Shown one piece after another: positions 38,959 through 52,004 of a stretch of DNA of 64,000 nucleotides. The DNA lies in NCBI GenBank assembly GCA_964016885.1, contig OZ024742.1, positions 48,174,001 to 48,238,000 of the forward strand, in the 5' to 3' direction. Position numbers and translations under genes: made by a program. Source of the DNA: Eledone cirrhosa. Taxonomy: Eukaryota. The notes under the pieces are model-generated. The model was not told where the DNA came from. It saw only the letters and a list, made by a program, of their open reading frames with translations, and searched no databases. Each line of letters starts with the position of its first letter. Positions within the stretch are counted from its first letter, which is position 1.

Positions 38959-41841
38959 AGGAGGTTGGTGAGGAGGTTGGTGAGGCTCTTGCACCCTCCA
39001 CCCCTATGTGCTAATCCCACACAGTCCCAGCGTGCATCTAAGATCCCGTTCCAGTTGCCCACTTACACTAAAGAGCGGGACGTTCCAAGAAAGGTCTCCA
39101 GACGCCGGAAGAAATCAGGCCACCCTGCCCCTGTCGGGGCATAGACGGCCACTAGCCTGAAAGGTTGCCCGTCTCTGCTGGTCACGTCCAGCACCACCAG
39201 CTTACCCTCTGGGTCCAGGAAGATGGCGCGTATGGCGAGATCCAAACCTCTCCGAAAAAGCACAGCAACTCCTCCCCCCGATCCAGGACGGCTGGGAGAT
39301 GCGTACACATCGTAGCCGCCGAAGATCGGTTCGGTGCGAAGGTACGTGCTTCGGAGATTCTGGTCTCGCTGATGGCCACTACATCTATGCTTTGTGACCT
39401 GAGGTCGTTGAGCAGGTGCCCCTGCTTCCATGACGACCCCAAGCCACGCGCATTTATGCTGCCTATTCTGAGTGAGGTCATGTTTAAAATAGAGTGGAAA
39501 AGATGGGAAAGACCACTTACCGTACTTTTCGTAGAGGAGGGATGGTTTTTACATCCATTTTCACTTGATCGTCTGGTGACGGGACCGTTGAATCGTCCCT
39601 TCGGCTGGTCGGCGGCTCTTCTATGAGTATGTCCGAATATACTCTTTGGTTGATAGTTCCTTCTAGGTCCCTGAAATCACCAACTGCGTTGGGGAATTTC
39701 GTTTTAATGTTTGTGTATTGTTTCTGTGCTATTTTTAGCAGTCTTATGTTAGTTGGCGTTTTGATTGGTGCTGGTATTATGTAGTCGTGTTGTGAAATGT
39801 CTGTGTGTTCAATTATGTAAGTCATTAGTTTCTTGTTGTGTGTATTTATTGCCGTGCATTTGTTTTTCTCGGGTGTGGTTCTGCTATTTTCTTGTCGTTG
39901 TTGCTGGGTGTGTGTGTTTTGTTGTTGTGTTTGCGATGTTGGTGCTTGTGGTGGTGGTGTTGAAGGTGTTGTTGGTGGTGGGGTTGTCGCTGGTGTTGAT
40001 GGTGCTGCTAGTGTGGGTGGTGATGGTGTTGGTGGTGTTGCTGCTGTGAGTTTCTTTGCAGCAGACTTTACCCTTTTCTCATTTCTTTCCTCCCTTTTCA
40101 AAGGCGACGATGCGCTGCTTCTGCGTTCGTGCCTTCTTACGACCTTTTGCCATCCCTCTCCCACCTCACACTCTATGTCTGATTCTGTGAGGTCGGGGGG
40201 GGGGGGGGGGGGGGTTACCAGCTCCACAATTTCACTTGTTGTTGTTGGTGATGTTTGCACTGGAGTCTCTGTTGCAGCTGCATTTCGTGTTGCTGTTGTT
40301 GTTGTTAATATTTCCACTGATGCTGTTGTTTTGATTTCCGTGGCGTGGGTATGGGTGCCAGGGACCTATCGTTCCTGGTTGCCGCTTGTCCTGTTGCTGG
40401 TAGCCGTGGAGCCGGTTTCGGAAGGAGGGGGGTTTCTCCTTTCTCAGGGTCTTCTCGCTGCAGAAGGCACTGAGGTGAGTCTTCGATCCACAGCGAAAGC
40501 ATTTCGGGCGTTTGCCCTCAACACTTATGGGCAGTTGAATGCCGTTATCGAAGTCTATCACATCCGGGATAGCTTCGATGCACTCCTGGTTGGTTTGGAT
40601 TATCATCTCAATGGAGGTGCCGACCCAATCTTCTCTTACTTTTTTCTGTACTTGCAGTACAGTTGTTTTGTTCTCGATTCCGACGAGGACAGACGCGGCC
40701 AGCCAAGAAGGGGCCATCCCGGGGGCGGACGTGGGTCAGTTTGACCCACACAATTTGTTGTCCGCAGTAGGAGGGCACCAACACCATTTCCTCGCTCCTT
40801 AGGGTCACTACGGATTGAGCCATTGCCTCCTGGGGTGTGGCAAAAAGTACGTCTACGGTGGCATATTTTTTGCCTCGGGTGATGTGCGTTTTCCGCTGCC
40901 ACACAGACCCCAAGGCTTTTTGTATTTGAGCCTCTGTGGCTCTTTCAACCCTACGGGATTTTGTACTTACTGTACGGTACGTGACCGTACAGTGCTGTTG
41001 GGTTTCGAAAAATGTTTCCGCTGCCTTTCAGATTGCTCGGTGTCCAGTCTTTGTCACCATCTTCTTCGCTTCCTCTAATTCCTCATTTGTTATGAGGATT
41101 GTTCCCAGGTTCTTCGCGATACCTGCAAACGAGATTGGTTTGTCTTTGCTGCTGTTGTTGTTGTTGTCGTCAGAGCTGCTGTTACTTTTGTTGTTGCTGC
41201 AGGTACTACGACTACTGCCGCCGCCGCTGTTGCTGTGGTTGTTGTTGGTGTTTTGCTGATAATGCTGTTGTTGTTTATGCTGCTGCTGATGTTGTTACGG
41301 CTGCTACTGTTGTTTTCATTGTCACTGTTGCTGTTGTTATTACGGCTGCTACTGCTATTATTCCTGACGTCAGACGAATGAAATGGGTTTTCGTATTTCC
41401 CGTACACCTGTTTCGTCGTCGTTGTCGTCTTCGTCGTGGAGAAATCTTGCACGCTTTGCACGTGACTTTTCTTTTCTGTCGTCGCTTGCGAAAGAGAAGG
41501 GAGGGAGAGAGACACATTTAAAGAAGGGAGGGAGAGAGACAATCTTTCTCTGCTGTAGTGACGATTGAGGAAGAAGAAGACGGAATGAGTGGGAGTGACC
41601 TATGAAAATGCTTTTTCGTAGCCATGTTGTTTTTTTTGTTTAAAATAAATATTGGGCACAAAACCCCAATAAGCAGTTATTTAATCCCGAAGGGCCAAAT
41701 AACGGGCAGAAAGACCTCTCTCACGAGGAGGAGGGTGTTTTTGTCTACAAGTTGGTTAAAGTTTTAAACAATTTACAATTGTTATAGCGTTCAAAATTTA
41801 CAATACCTTACAGAGCCGAGCCTCCGTCAACCATAGCATTC
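38959..41841 (-). mobile_element. Tx1-type LINE copy T4, 5' half only
   Basis: 5' terminus at (AAT)n, ORF1 with an intact CX2CX4HX4C knuckle (CFRCGSKTHLSAFC), and the start of the endonuclease. Broken at the R4 junction. Confidence 0.9.
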
Positions 41842-41874
<33 letters not shown>

Positions 41875-41907
41875 TATTATTATTATTATCATTATTACTA
41901 TTATTAT

Positions 41908-42650
41908 GGGCGGTGGATTGGCAGTATCGGTAGAGTCGGACACCATGCTTTGAAGCATAGAGTTACGTCCCTTTATGGTCATAGTTCAAATCCCGCCGAG
42001 GTTAACTTTGCCTGCCATCCTTACGGGGTCGATAAAATAAAGTACCAGCAATGTACTGGTAATTGCTCGCCTTGTGCCAAAAAGTAGAAACAATTATTAC
42101 TATTATTATCAATCGACATTCCCCTCTCCCCAAAAAGTTGTCCTTGTACCTAAATCAGAAACCATTATTATTATTGTTGCTTGCATTATATATTGAGGGC
42201 GGTGGATTCGCAGTATCGGTAGAGCGTTAAACAACATGCGTTGCAGCATGAAATTATGGCCCTTTACGTTCTGATTTCAAATCCCGCCGAGTTTCACTTT
42301 GCCTTTTATCCTTACGGGGTCGATAAAATAAAGTACCAGTCACGCACTGGGATCAATTTAATCGACTTTCCCCTCCCCCCAAATTACTGGCCTTGAGCAT
42401 ATATAAGAAACCATTATTATTATTGTTGTTGCTTATAGAGTTGTGGATGGGTAGTGGGTAGAGCGTCAGATAAAATGTTCTGTAGTATATAGTTATGTCC
42501 CTTTACGTTCTGATTTCAAATCCTACAGAGGACAAATTTTGATTTTCATCCGTAAAAGATCGAGAAATTACGACTAACGTACTGGCATCGATTTAATCGA
42601 ATTCCTTTTTCCCTTCAAATGATGGCCAAATCTACATGACATTATTGTAG
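41908..42650 (+). mobile_element. Tandem cluster of three tRNA-derived SINEs with Meta-like core, in (ATT)n
   Basis: Copies at about 41908-42095, 42197-42415 and 42440-42650. A-box-like GGCAGTATCGGTAGAG, B box GTTCAAATCC, core GCCGAGGTTAACTTTGCCT..CATCCTTACGGGGTCGATAAAATAAAGTACCAG. Confidence 0.85.
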
Positions 42651-43486
42651 ATTTTCTGCTAGTAGATTCCGTGGTTGTTGTTGCTGTTGGTGCTAGCGGG
42701 TGTAGCGGCGGTGATGTCATTGATCATATTGCCATATGAACTTTTTTGTTGTATTATCAAATTCTAATATCATCTTAATCACATTCCTTCGCCAACCCTC
42801 ATCCCCCAACTCCATTATCATCATTAGCAACTTCGTGATATTCATAAATTTTTCGTTGCGATATCAAAATAACGATATTATAATTGTTTCATATATTTCT
42901 AAACTCGTTTCAGAAAATATTTCTGAAGTGATTCTCATAATCATTTGATCACACGAAATCAGTTTCACAAAATATATCTTCCAATGGCTTTAAAAAAGAC
43001 AAACAAATAATTAAGATAAAGCCATTAATGGACAATGAAAATAAACAGAACACAATAAAGAAAACAAATATCTAAATTTAAATGTTCCGTAAATGGACCC
43101 GATTTCTCCCATTGTAGCGTGCCGTCAGATATTACTTGGTGCATTATATATTCAATGAAGGATGGAACTATTAATCACACGCCTCTGTGCAATTTCTACA
43201 GAGACCAATACCTCATGAATATTTATTTTCTTAATCTTCTGTTTGCCCTGCTGAAACATAACAACGTTTCATTTTCAGAATCTGTAAAATATCAAAGAAG
43301 AACAACAAATAACAATTGTTAATGAACAAAACAGAAAAAGTGGGTGGACGTATAAAAATACGAAGAAGAAAAAATCATTATTTGAAATGAAACAAAGACA
43401 TATCAAAATAAAAGGCAAGAGAAATAATAATTAAAGAAAAAAAGATAAATACTACTACTATTACTATTATTAGTAATAATAATAAT

Positions 43487-45545
43487 GATTTATTTATTAG
43501 CCACGCAGGGTTCACACCAAGAAAACATTATTTCCTTTGGCCCTTGCCATTCTGAGTTCAAATCCCGCCGAGGTTAACTTTGCCTTTCATCCTTACGGGG
43601 TCGATAAAATAAAGTACCAGTAATGTACTGGGTTATTACTGGCCTTGTGCCAATAGTAGAAACAATTATTTCCTTAATATATTTGTTGCGAGTAAAAATG
43701 TATAATGAAGACAAAGCCACATGTAAAAATCCACGAAAAAACAAATATCTCCATAAAGGGATTCTTTTGAGTGTTACTCGTGGGGAAAGCTGACATAGTT
43801 ATAATGGGCCCTGGATCGAAAGACTACCGGAAAAGTAAACGGGCTTGAAGTAATCTGCATTGAGGAATGCCGGCAATGATATATTCTATTGGTAATTTTC
43901 AATTGATCAAGGCCCTACCCTTATCATCTTCCTTAGACCCCCTCTCTATGATGTATTGCATGAGATGAAGGGTGTCATGAATCGATCTGTTCACGATTAC
44001 GCATGCCTGCACCTTCACTACCAATTGACTGTTGACAAGCGCCAACCTTGTCGCTAACAACTTGGTCAATATTTTAAATTCTGCATTTAACAGAGTGATG
44101 GCACCAAACTTATCAATACACTCCCCTTTTGGGGGTCTTCACTCAGTAGCCTAACCATTCAACTCCTGACATAATTGCTCCTGTTCTGTTGTCAGTTACA
44201 GTAGATGTCTGCTAAGAGGTCATCAAACAAGTCTGGTATGTAAGCATAAAGCTCGTAGGACAGACTATCAAATCCAGGCAACTTACCTCTCATGCAGCTA
44301 GACAACAATTTTCCCCTATCAGCGGTAATTATGAGTTCATTGCAAAACATCCTTCTCGTCGCCGAAAGCCGCTGTGGAACAACGAGGTAGCCACTGAAGT
44401 CCATCCCACGATGTAGGCCATCACTGTCCCTGAACATTTGTGTGAAGCGTTGAGGAAAAGCCGCACACATCTTTTGGGGATCGAGTACCATCTGCCAATC
44501 GTGGTCTGTCAATGTCCGGATTGTGGCTCTGTTTCCACGCCGCACTTCAACCACACTCGCACTTCGATCGGCCTTTGCACTCACTTGCCTATAATCCGGC
44601 GCCCTAACCCTAACAATGCTGCTTTCAGGCTTCGCTTTGAAGAATTGGTCGAGAGCCAATCTCGCTGTAAACAAGTCAGTTGCCTTCGCTAAAAGTCTTT
44701 TCTCGCTTTATACGTAGCCTTACTCCTAGATTAGTTCTCTCTATTGCTACTCATTTATTAAACTTTATCTATTCTACTCTAATCGCCCTTTCCAGAGTAA
44801 AGCAATATTTGTGCTTGGCTATTACCCAGTCAACACCCGCTTAACTAATACAGTAATCCGGTTTCTGTAAGCTTTGCGCGCAGGAAAGGACTTTTTCAGC
44901 TTCCAGTAACCTCGTTCCCTGCTTGTGAAGCATTTGTACGTCGACTGCACAGTTAATACCTTTTTGGTCTGTGTCCCGTTACATTGTGGACTGTGCATGC
45001 TAGCATTATATACTTCGCTGCAGAATACCCTATCTAGATAGATCACGATGATTGCATGCGCTTTGAACATGTTCACATTTGCACATAGGGAACAATCAGT
45101 CAGGTGTCTCTCAGTCTGATGAAAACATATTTTCAAGGCTTTTTCACACTCTTTTATCTGCTAGCCCTACACATTCTCCCATCGTGCGTCTAAGATTCCA
45201 TTCCTGTCACCCACTAGCACGAAAGAGCGAGACCTTCCTAAAAATCTCTCCAGGCGCTTGAAGAAAGTAGGCCGTTCCATGTAGAAGCATAGCCTGCCAC
45301 CCGACTGAATGAATACCCTTCACTGCTGCTCACATCCTGCAGCGGCTAATTAACTTCTGGATTATGTAAGATATTCCATTGTGTAAGACCCAAGCCTTTC
45401 GGTAACAACGCAGCAACTCCGCCTCCAGATCACGGACGACAGAGAGATGAATACATCGCAGAGCAGCCGGAATTGGATGCAAATGCTCGTGCCTCGCAAA
45501 TCCTGGTCTCGATAACAACCATCACCTCTATTGACACTGACCTGC
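43487..45545 (-). mobile_element. Old, degraded Tx1-type LINE copy T5, interrupted by a SINE
   Basis: ARLALDQFF, YLDRVFC, GYWKL and PGFDSLSYELY remnants. The 3' end abuts (AAT)n at 43487. Confidence 0.8.
43533..43670 (+). mobile_element. 5'-truncated SINE inside the T5 3'UTR
   Basis: GTTCAAATCCCGCCGAGGTTAACTTTGCCTTTCATCC...CCTTGTGCCAATAGTAGAAACAATTATT. Confidence 0.85.
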
Positions 45546-45874
45546 CATTGCTTTTAGTGTTCATGATGTTGCTGATGTTGTTATGTATCGGCTCTCTGCA
45601 CTATGAGTCCAAATCATGCAGATGTCAACTTTGCCTTTCACTAATTGGAGTTCGATAAAATGTACCTGTCAAGTACTGGGATCCATAGCTTCTTCTATAT
45701 CTCTTTCTCTTTTCTATTCCCTCGGTCTGATTCCTTCTCAGTAAGAAATCTGGTGTATTCAGACCTGGAGACGCCCCAGTAGGATTTAAAAAGCCCTAGA
45801 AATGCGGTGTCCCTACCACTACCGCAGAAGTTACGGGACCATGCATGCATCTCTCTTTCTCTCCCTCTCTATCT

Positions 45875-45909
<35 letters not shown>

Positions 45910-45914
<5 letters not shown>

Positions 45915-46256
45915 GTTATAGTTGCAATTGACTAATAAGATCGCTAGAGTGAAAAATCTTAATTCTACAACATAAGGTCTGCCTGTACGATCTAGAAAAT
46001 AATAAATCAATACTCACAGACTCATATGGGCAAAAACCCTTTTTGCCCATATGAGTCTGTGAGTATTGATTTATTATTTTCTAGATCGTACAGGCAGACC
46101 TTATGTTGTAGAATTAAGATTTTTCACTCTAGCGATCTTATTAGTCAATTGCAACTATAACATGTAAATGTTCATCAAATATTAATTTATACTGCTCAGA
46201 AGCGATTCCTAGAGCTGAAATGATTGTAAATGACCTCTTTGAGTCTAAACTCTAAG

Positions 46257-46260
<4 letters not shown>
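45910..46260. mobile_element. Fold-back element with ~127-bp arms and a 3-nt loop, plus tail, within (TA)n
   Basis: 45910-46036 is the reverse complement of 46040-46166. The loop is CCC. Confidence 0.85.
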
Positions 46261-46330
<70 letters not shown>

Positions 46331-47207
46331 TTGTGTAAGTACATGTCTGTGTACATTCGTTTGTATTTTTATATTTGTGCGATTGTCCCATCATATGTGT
46401 ATTTATTTGAATTTTCTAGTGTAGTAATATCGTTTTGTTTCAATGATATTTTGCACTAGTAAATATATCTAATATCTATGAAATAGAAGTTAATTGCCGA
46501 ACCAGTGGCTTGAGAGGTTTCCTTCTCCGAAGACCTTCTTCTTTCCAGTTCTTTATGGAGTTTCTTACACCCTGAGTAAACAAAAATATGGAGACCAATC
46601 TCGACATTAAATAAAATACCTTCTGTGAGAGTAAAACGTTAGATGCATTTTCGTGTCTGGGTATTTGTAGAGACTGTTTTTACATATTTTTAATAATCCG
46701 TTAATATATTGTTTATAAACTTACTAGTAATAAAAATACAAATAATTCGAATATGCAACATTCCATATATAACAGTTGTTCGATGAAAGTATTACGTGCG
46801 CGTTAACAATGTTTTTTTTTCAGATATCACATTCTACTACGGAATACATCGATAGATTTACTGAATATACTACATATAATAAGATGGATATTTCGATCTC
46901 TTCTGGCCAGTGTGTACAGTTACCACCCTATATAAAACAACTTACGAAAATCTAATACGATATACATAGCACTATCTTTACATAATCCATATCAACTAGA
47001 AAATACAAAACATAAGCTAATCAACACCAAATATATTGTTATTAATCTTAAAACACATATAGAGTATATGTTCATATATTCATATATTCCTTAAGTTTTG
47101 TACTAACAGCTACCGGGGTAGAAGCTGCTAATTGTTCGGTCGCCCTCATGTCTCTGATATTCAGCCCCATGGATTTTGTCTATTATATTCCTTTGTTATA
47201 TTTCGAA

Positions 47208-47265
47208 TACCTGATGATGTCACCGGATTCATACTGAACTCGGTCATTGAAATGACCATAGCGTA
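47208..47265 (+). ncRNA. Degenerate hammerhead ribozyme
   Basis: CTGATGA..ACCG..TTCA-TAC-TGAA..CGGT..GAAA-TGACCAT-A. Stem I is poor. Confidence 0.5.
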
Positions 47266-47455
47266 ATCAAACTTTTAAGGAATTACACCAGTCCAGCCTC
47301 CTGTTATTTTATAATGATTAACTCCGTACTCGCACCACCAACTACACAAAGAAATACGAGTGAGTTGCATTACGTTGAGTGCTCTCCATAATATTACATC
47401 GAAGTTAACCATACGGAATGACGAGTTCTGTCCAGTGGTGAACCAACAAACCTAA

Positions 47456-47494
<39 letters not shown>

Positions 47495-47749
47495 TATGTG
47501 TGGAGTAGGAAAAAAAACAGACAAAGGAAATGAACACCGCATCTCCAGAATTCTGGACGTTTTCTTTTAGAGCCTCTTGTTACGAATTAGCTTTTTAAGA
47601 TTCTAAAAGTTTTATATTTTTTCTAAGATTAATCCTACGTTACATTTAAATACAATAAACCTTAATGATCGAAAACTCGCCACAAAGAATACAATGTAAC
47701 ACAATCGAATTAAAATAAATCAACGCAATATCCAAGTATTAAATATAGT

Positions 47750-48106
47750 GGGAGACTTTTGTGGTAATATATTGAGTGAGGGGGACTGGGAGAAAGTGTG
47801 ATTCCAGTTCCTCGGAGATCTAACAACACGCCCAGGAGCTGGACATATCGATGTATTGACGGAGTGGTACACATTTCAACAACATGTTTACCTATCCTTT
47901 CCACATTAATTCGTACTGCCTGATGAGGTCACAGCCAATAATAGCTCTCACCGAATATATATAGCAGAGAATTTATAATAAACGAAGCCAAATTTTACAT
48001 GTTTGACTCACTTATTTTACAATACTCCGGAGTAAACAAATTAACCTGCGTACTTCGTCGAGTGCTCCAATCTGCATACTGAGTGTCTGTAAACAACCAA
48101 CATATC

Positions 48107-48110
<4 letters not shown>
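47750..48110 (+). mobile_element. Family D element with hammerhead at 47915-47968 (GAAA reduced to GAA)
   Basis: ACTGC-CTGATGA-GGT...ACC-GAA-TATATATA-GCAG. Homologous to 19948-20340. The left boundary is approximate. Confidence 0.75.
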
Positions 48111-48146
<36 letters not shown>

Positions 48147-48440
48147 CATACATATATATATATATTTCGTTTCTGAATTTGTTTAGCAAGATTCTTTATC
48201 TGAAAACGTGTGTTGAAACCGATATTGTTATACTTTGGGAGGGTCATGTTGCCAATAAGAAACACACGCACCATCGCTTTCACTCCAATTTATTATAAAT
48301 AAAATTATAAATTTAAAAAGTTATAAATTTCCGGTTGGTTGGTTGGTTCCACAACCTGACGGTTGTTCATATATTGTCAACGTTCTTTCGTCACACATTC
48401 TGTGTAACTGGAAATTTGGAAACTCTGCTTCGTAGAATCG

Positions 48441-48537
48441 AGACATATCTGAGGATCTTGCGATTTCAGAGTCAGGTTTGATCATTGCATCGATCGTGCC
48501 TCGAGCTGGTTGCCAGAGAAACGATTGTAATATGTCT
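48441..48537 (+). ncRNA. Type I hammerhead ribozyme in a (TA)n-flanked element (about 48166-48583)
   Basis: AGACATAT-CTGAGGA-TCTTGCGAT...GTTGCCAGA-GAAAC-GATT-GTA-ATATGTCT, then AATAAA. Perfect 8-bp stem I. Confidence 0.88.
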
Positions 48538-48581
48538 AATAAATCGTATTCGTCGCACCACTAATTCTCCGTTTCGTATCT

Positions 48582-48614
<33 letters not shown>

Positions 48615-48734
48615 TTATATATATATATAGGAGATGAATAAATTGGGTATAATCCAAGTTTTTTACCAAATGCGAAGAAGCTCGATATATTAACCCCTTA
48701 GGAAAGGAAGTAATAAAAAGATATAGAGGAAATA

Positions 48735-48893
48735 TTTACCCCTGTACTAGACTGGTGCTTTTTTTATTGACCACGAAAGAATGAAAGGCAAAATAGACCC
48801 CGGCGGAATCTGAACTTAGAGAGTAGACAACTAAAACGAATACTGCAAAACATTCTATCGGACGTTCTAACAATTCTGCCAATCCGCTGCCTA
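48735..48893 (-). mobile_element. Degenerate tRNA-derived SINE
   Basis: ATGAAAGGCAAAATAGACCCCGGCGGAATCTGAAC...CTGCCAATCCGCTGCC is the reverse complement of the SINE head and core. Confidence 0.75.
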
Positions 48894-51800
48894 AATGATA
48901 CAAAGTAACACTAATTCAGACTCACGACACCGATTAAATGTAATCAGAACGTTGAGATCGTACTTCAGTGAAAATAGAAAATACATTTCTTTCATAGGAT
49001 TTAGATGACAGTAATTAAGAAAAGGGGGAAAATATATAATCATAAAGAACCAGGATCTAAGTTAAAGAGAAGAAATGAAGCTCCAAACGAGTTTATAGCT
49101 ATTTGTACAACTGTCTAAATATAACTGTAAAATCTACTTCACACCATATGAATAAAGTATTGAAAAATATAGTTCTAAATACACGCATGTCAGAAACAGC
49201 TTCATCGAGTTTGACTTAACTTTCACTTGTCAGTTGAGAATGAGCACTATACGTCATACTGAGTTGGTTTGCAAAGTGGGTTATATTTATATTTTCAACG
49301 TTGTATGTTTCGTTGATATTCATAGGTTTTTTGCTTTGTATCTATTCACGGTTACCGGTAAGACATTAAAGTTGGCATTTCCGTGCTAGCTTAGAATTAC
49401 ATACAATAAGATCAAAACCATTTCATGAGCAGTAATCTAGTAGTTATTACATTTGTTCCCGTTATTTTTTCTTGGTCCTTCCACCCAATAAATATGCCTC
49501 TCTTGCATATATTTGCTTTAAATCATATTAGTATTTTCATAGATGTAAATTTAATATATTTAAGTTAATGTTGTCGATAATTTTGATTAATATACGTCAA
49601 ACACGGGCAGTTTAGAGACCTAGGAATTTCGATAATATACATATCTCTATATGTACATATATTCCGCAGTAATTCAATTCTATATTGATACATTCCGTTT
49701 ATTATAGTGCATGTGTTATCTATACTTGCAATCTCCATACTATATCAGTTTATCATTCATGACAGATATTTTACAAGTTTCGAAGTGCAAACTCCGCGGA
49801 ACATTGTCGAATTCTTCCCACTAATTTATTCACAGTCCATAATTTATTGTTTTCGTTTTATTATCATTTAACGATTATTGCTCTAATGTGGTCTAATCCT
49901 AAAATTAATCCGCTAATCTAATATGAATTGACGAATATGTAGGTAAATAATATCCATAATGGTATACATGACTAACTAGGAATGACATTCATGCATAATA
50001 GCATGGTTATTGATATAAACATCGCGTGATTTCGATGAGTCTATTCACTCTAGTTTCAAGTGATTTATATTGTATTCAAATTGGCAGATTCATAACATTA
50101 TATTAATCGCAAGGTGAATTTGAGAGGCATTTAAAACATTTAACCAGGAATTCGCTCCGGTTTAAAGCGTCCAGATTATTAGGGGAGTTATTTTCTTATC
50201 TTCTTTATCTAGTTGTTATATGAGCTTTTGCTGTTAATCTCTCATAATGCATGTCACTTCTTATAACTCATCTGTAGTCCGGTTTTATTTTTGTGCAAAG
50301 TCACCAATTTAATATATTAAATTTTCATTGGTAATTTTTATTCTATTATTAAAAATATTACATTCTCATAATTTTTTAAGTTGTTGAATGTAAACCCGAA
50401 GGTGTTACGGGTTAAATTATTGTATTGATTTTATAACTGCAAATCATGATAGTTCTGCATATAACACTAGAAGTCATTGGAAAAAAATATATATTCAAAA
50501 TATGAAAATAGCAATGAATTCAAAATTACGTTTACAAAATCAGATCAATCGATTAATTCTACACATGGATCATCATATGTATGCTTAAATCTTAAGAAAT
50601 AGTGAAAGAATCGAATCATAATAAAAGAAGAAAAAAAACAAGTAAACAATAATGATTCAAATTTATGCACGACGTAGTGTAGAATCAGTCGATAGAAGAC
50701 ATCTTACTCATACACGTTATTTTTACCAGTACTTGATTGAAATATGTGTTTATCAACCTTCCAGGATGAAAGGCGTAATGGTATTATAACAACTGGGAAT
50801 GTAATCAAATATAGCCACACACATCTTCTCTGAACCATTTCCTATTTTTCCATTCAATTCACACATGCAACTCAATATTAATAATTTTAATACGTCTGCA
50901 GTCATACAGAATATGATATGCTTCAACAACGGAATACTCATGTGTAACTGTCGATTTTTGAAATTGTAACTCTTTCACCAATAATTCAGAAATTGGTTAT
51001 CATGTTTTATTTACAAACTATTTTAGCGAATATTGAATATATAAGACCGATAAGGCAAGGCATATAAATAATTCTTTCTACTTTTGGCACAGTGCATTAC
51101 TGGTACTTTATAAGGATGGGGGGCAAGATTAATATCGGCATGGCATATAAATAATGTAAGACTGGCGTGAGAGTGCATGCACATATCAATAGGGTTGTAT
51201 TACTGTGTATACTTGTTTTATAAATGAGTTGTTATACGGTGCAAATTACACTCTAAGTCACACCAGCTGTGAGTAATTAAAACTATATTTAATGTATTCT
51301 GAACCGTATGATGTATGGAAACACTATTCAACATATCCATCAAATGTGATCAGTGAGGTAGCTTTTTATATTTCTGGCAGAGCTCTACAACGTTGGGGAT
51401 ATAAGAGGGACGCTTAGGGGACTGTAAGTAAATCTGAAGATAGTAAGCGACGCAAAACCTTTGGGATCGGCTGTGCAATGAATTTAGACGGGGAACGAAA
51501 TATAACGTAATAATTATGAGGTAAACAAGGGAGAAATTACATAGTCGAGCACCAGATCATAGCCTACTGTACTGTAGGCAGGGAAGGCGCAAGGAAAAGT
51601 AGACTTTCTCACAAGATATCACAAAACAAAAACAGCCGTCAAAACTGAAAAAACATTGAATCACTTCTGTTTGATCATGTGTAACATGGGAAGACGATAT
51701 AACAACAAAGGCAATGCGAGATGTATAGCAGTCACAAAACAGTGACAAAATATTTATATGAATTCAAACACACATATACATATATGCGTACATACATACG

Positions 51801-51972
51801 TAGGTATATTCACACATTCAAACACACACAGACACACCCACACACATATATATGTATATATAACATATATAATATATACACACATATATATTATATATAT
51901 ATATATACATTTATATATGTATATATATATACATATATATGTATGAATTTATGTATATATATATATATATGT

Positions 51973-52004
<32 letters not shown>

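Noticed and set aside
41908-42000. tRNA gene
   Set aside because: A and B boxes are present but there is no cloverleaf. It is a SINE head.
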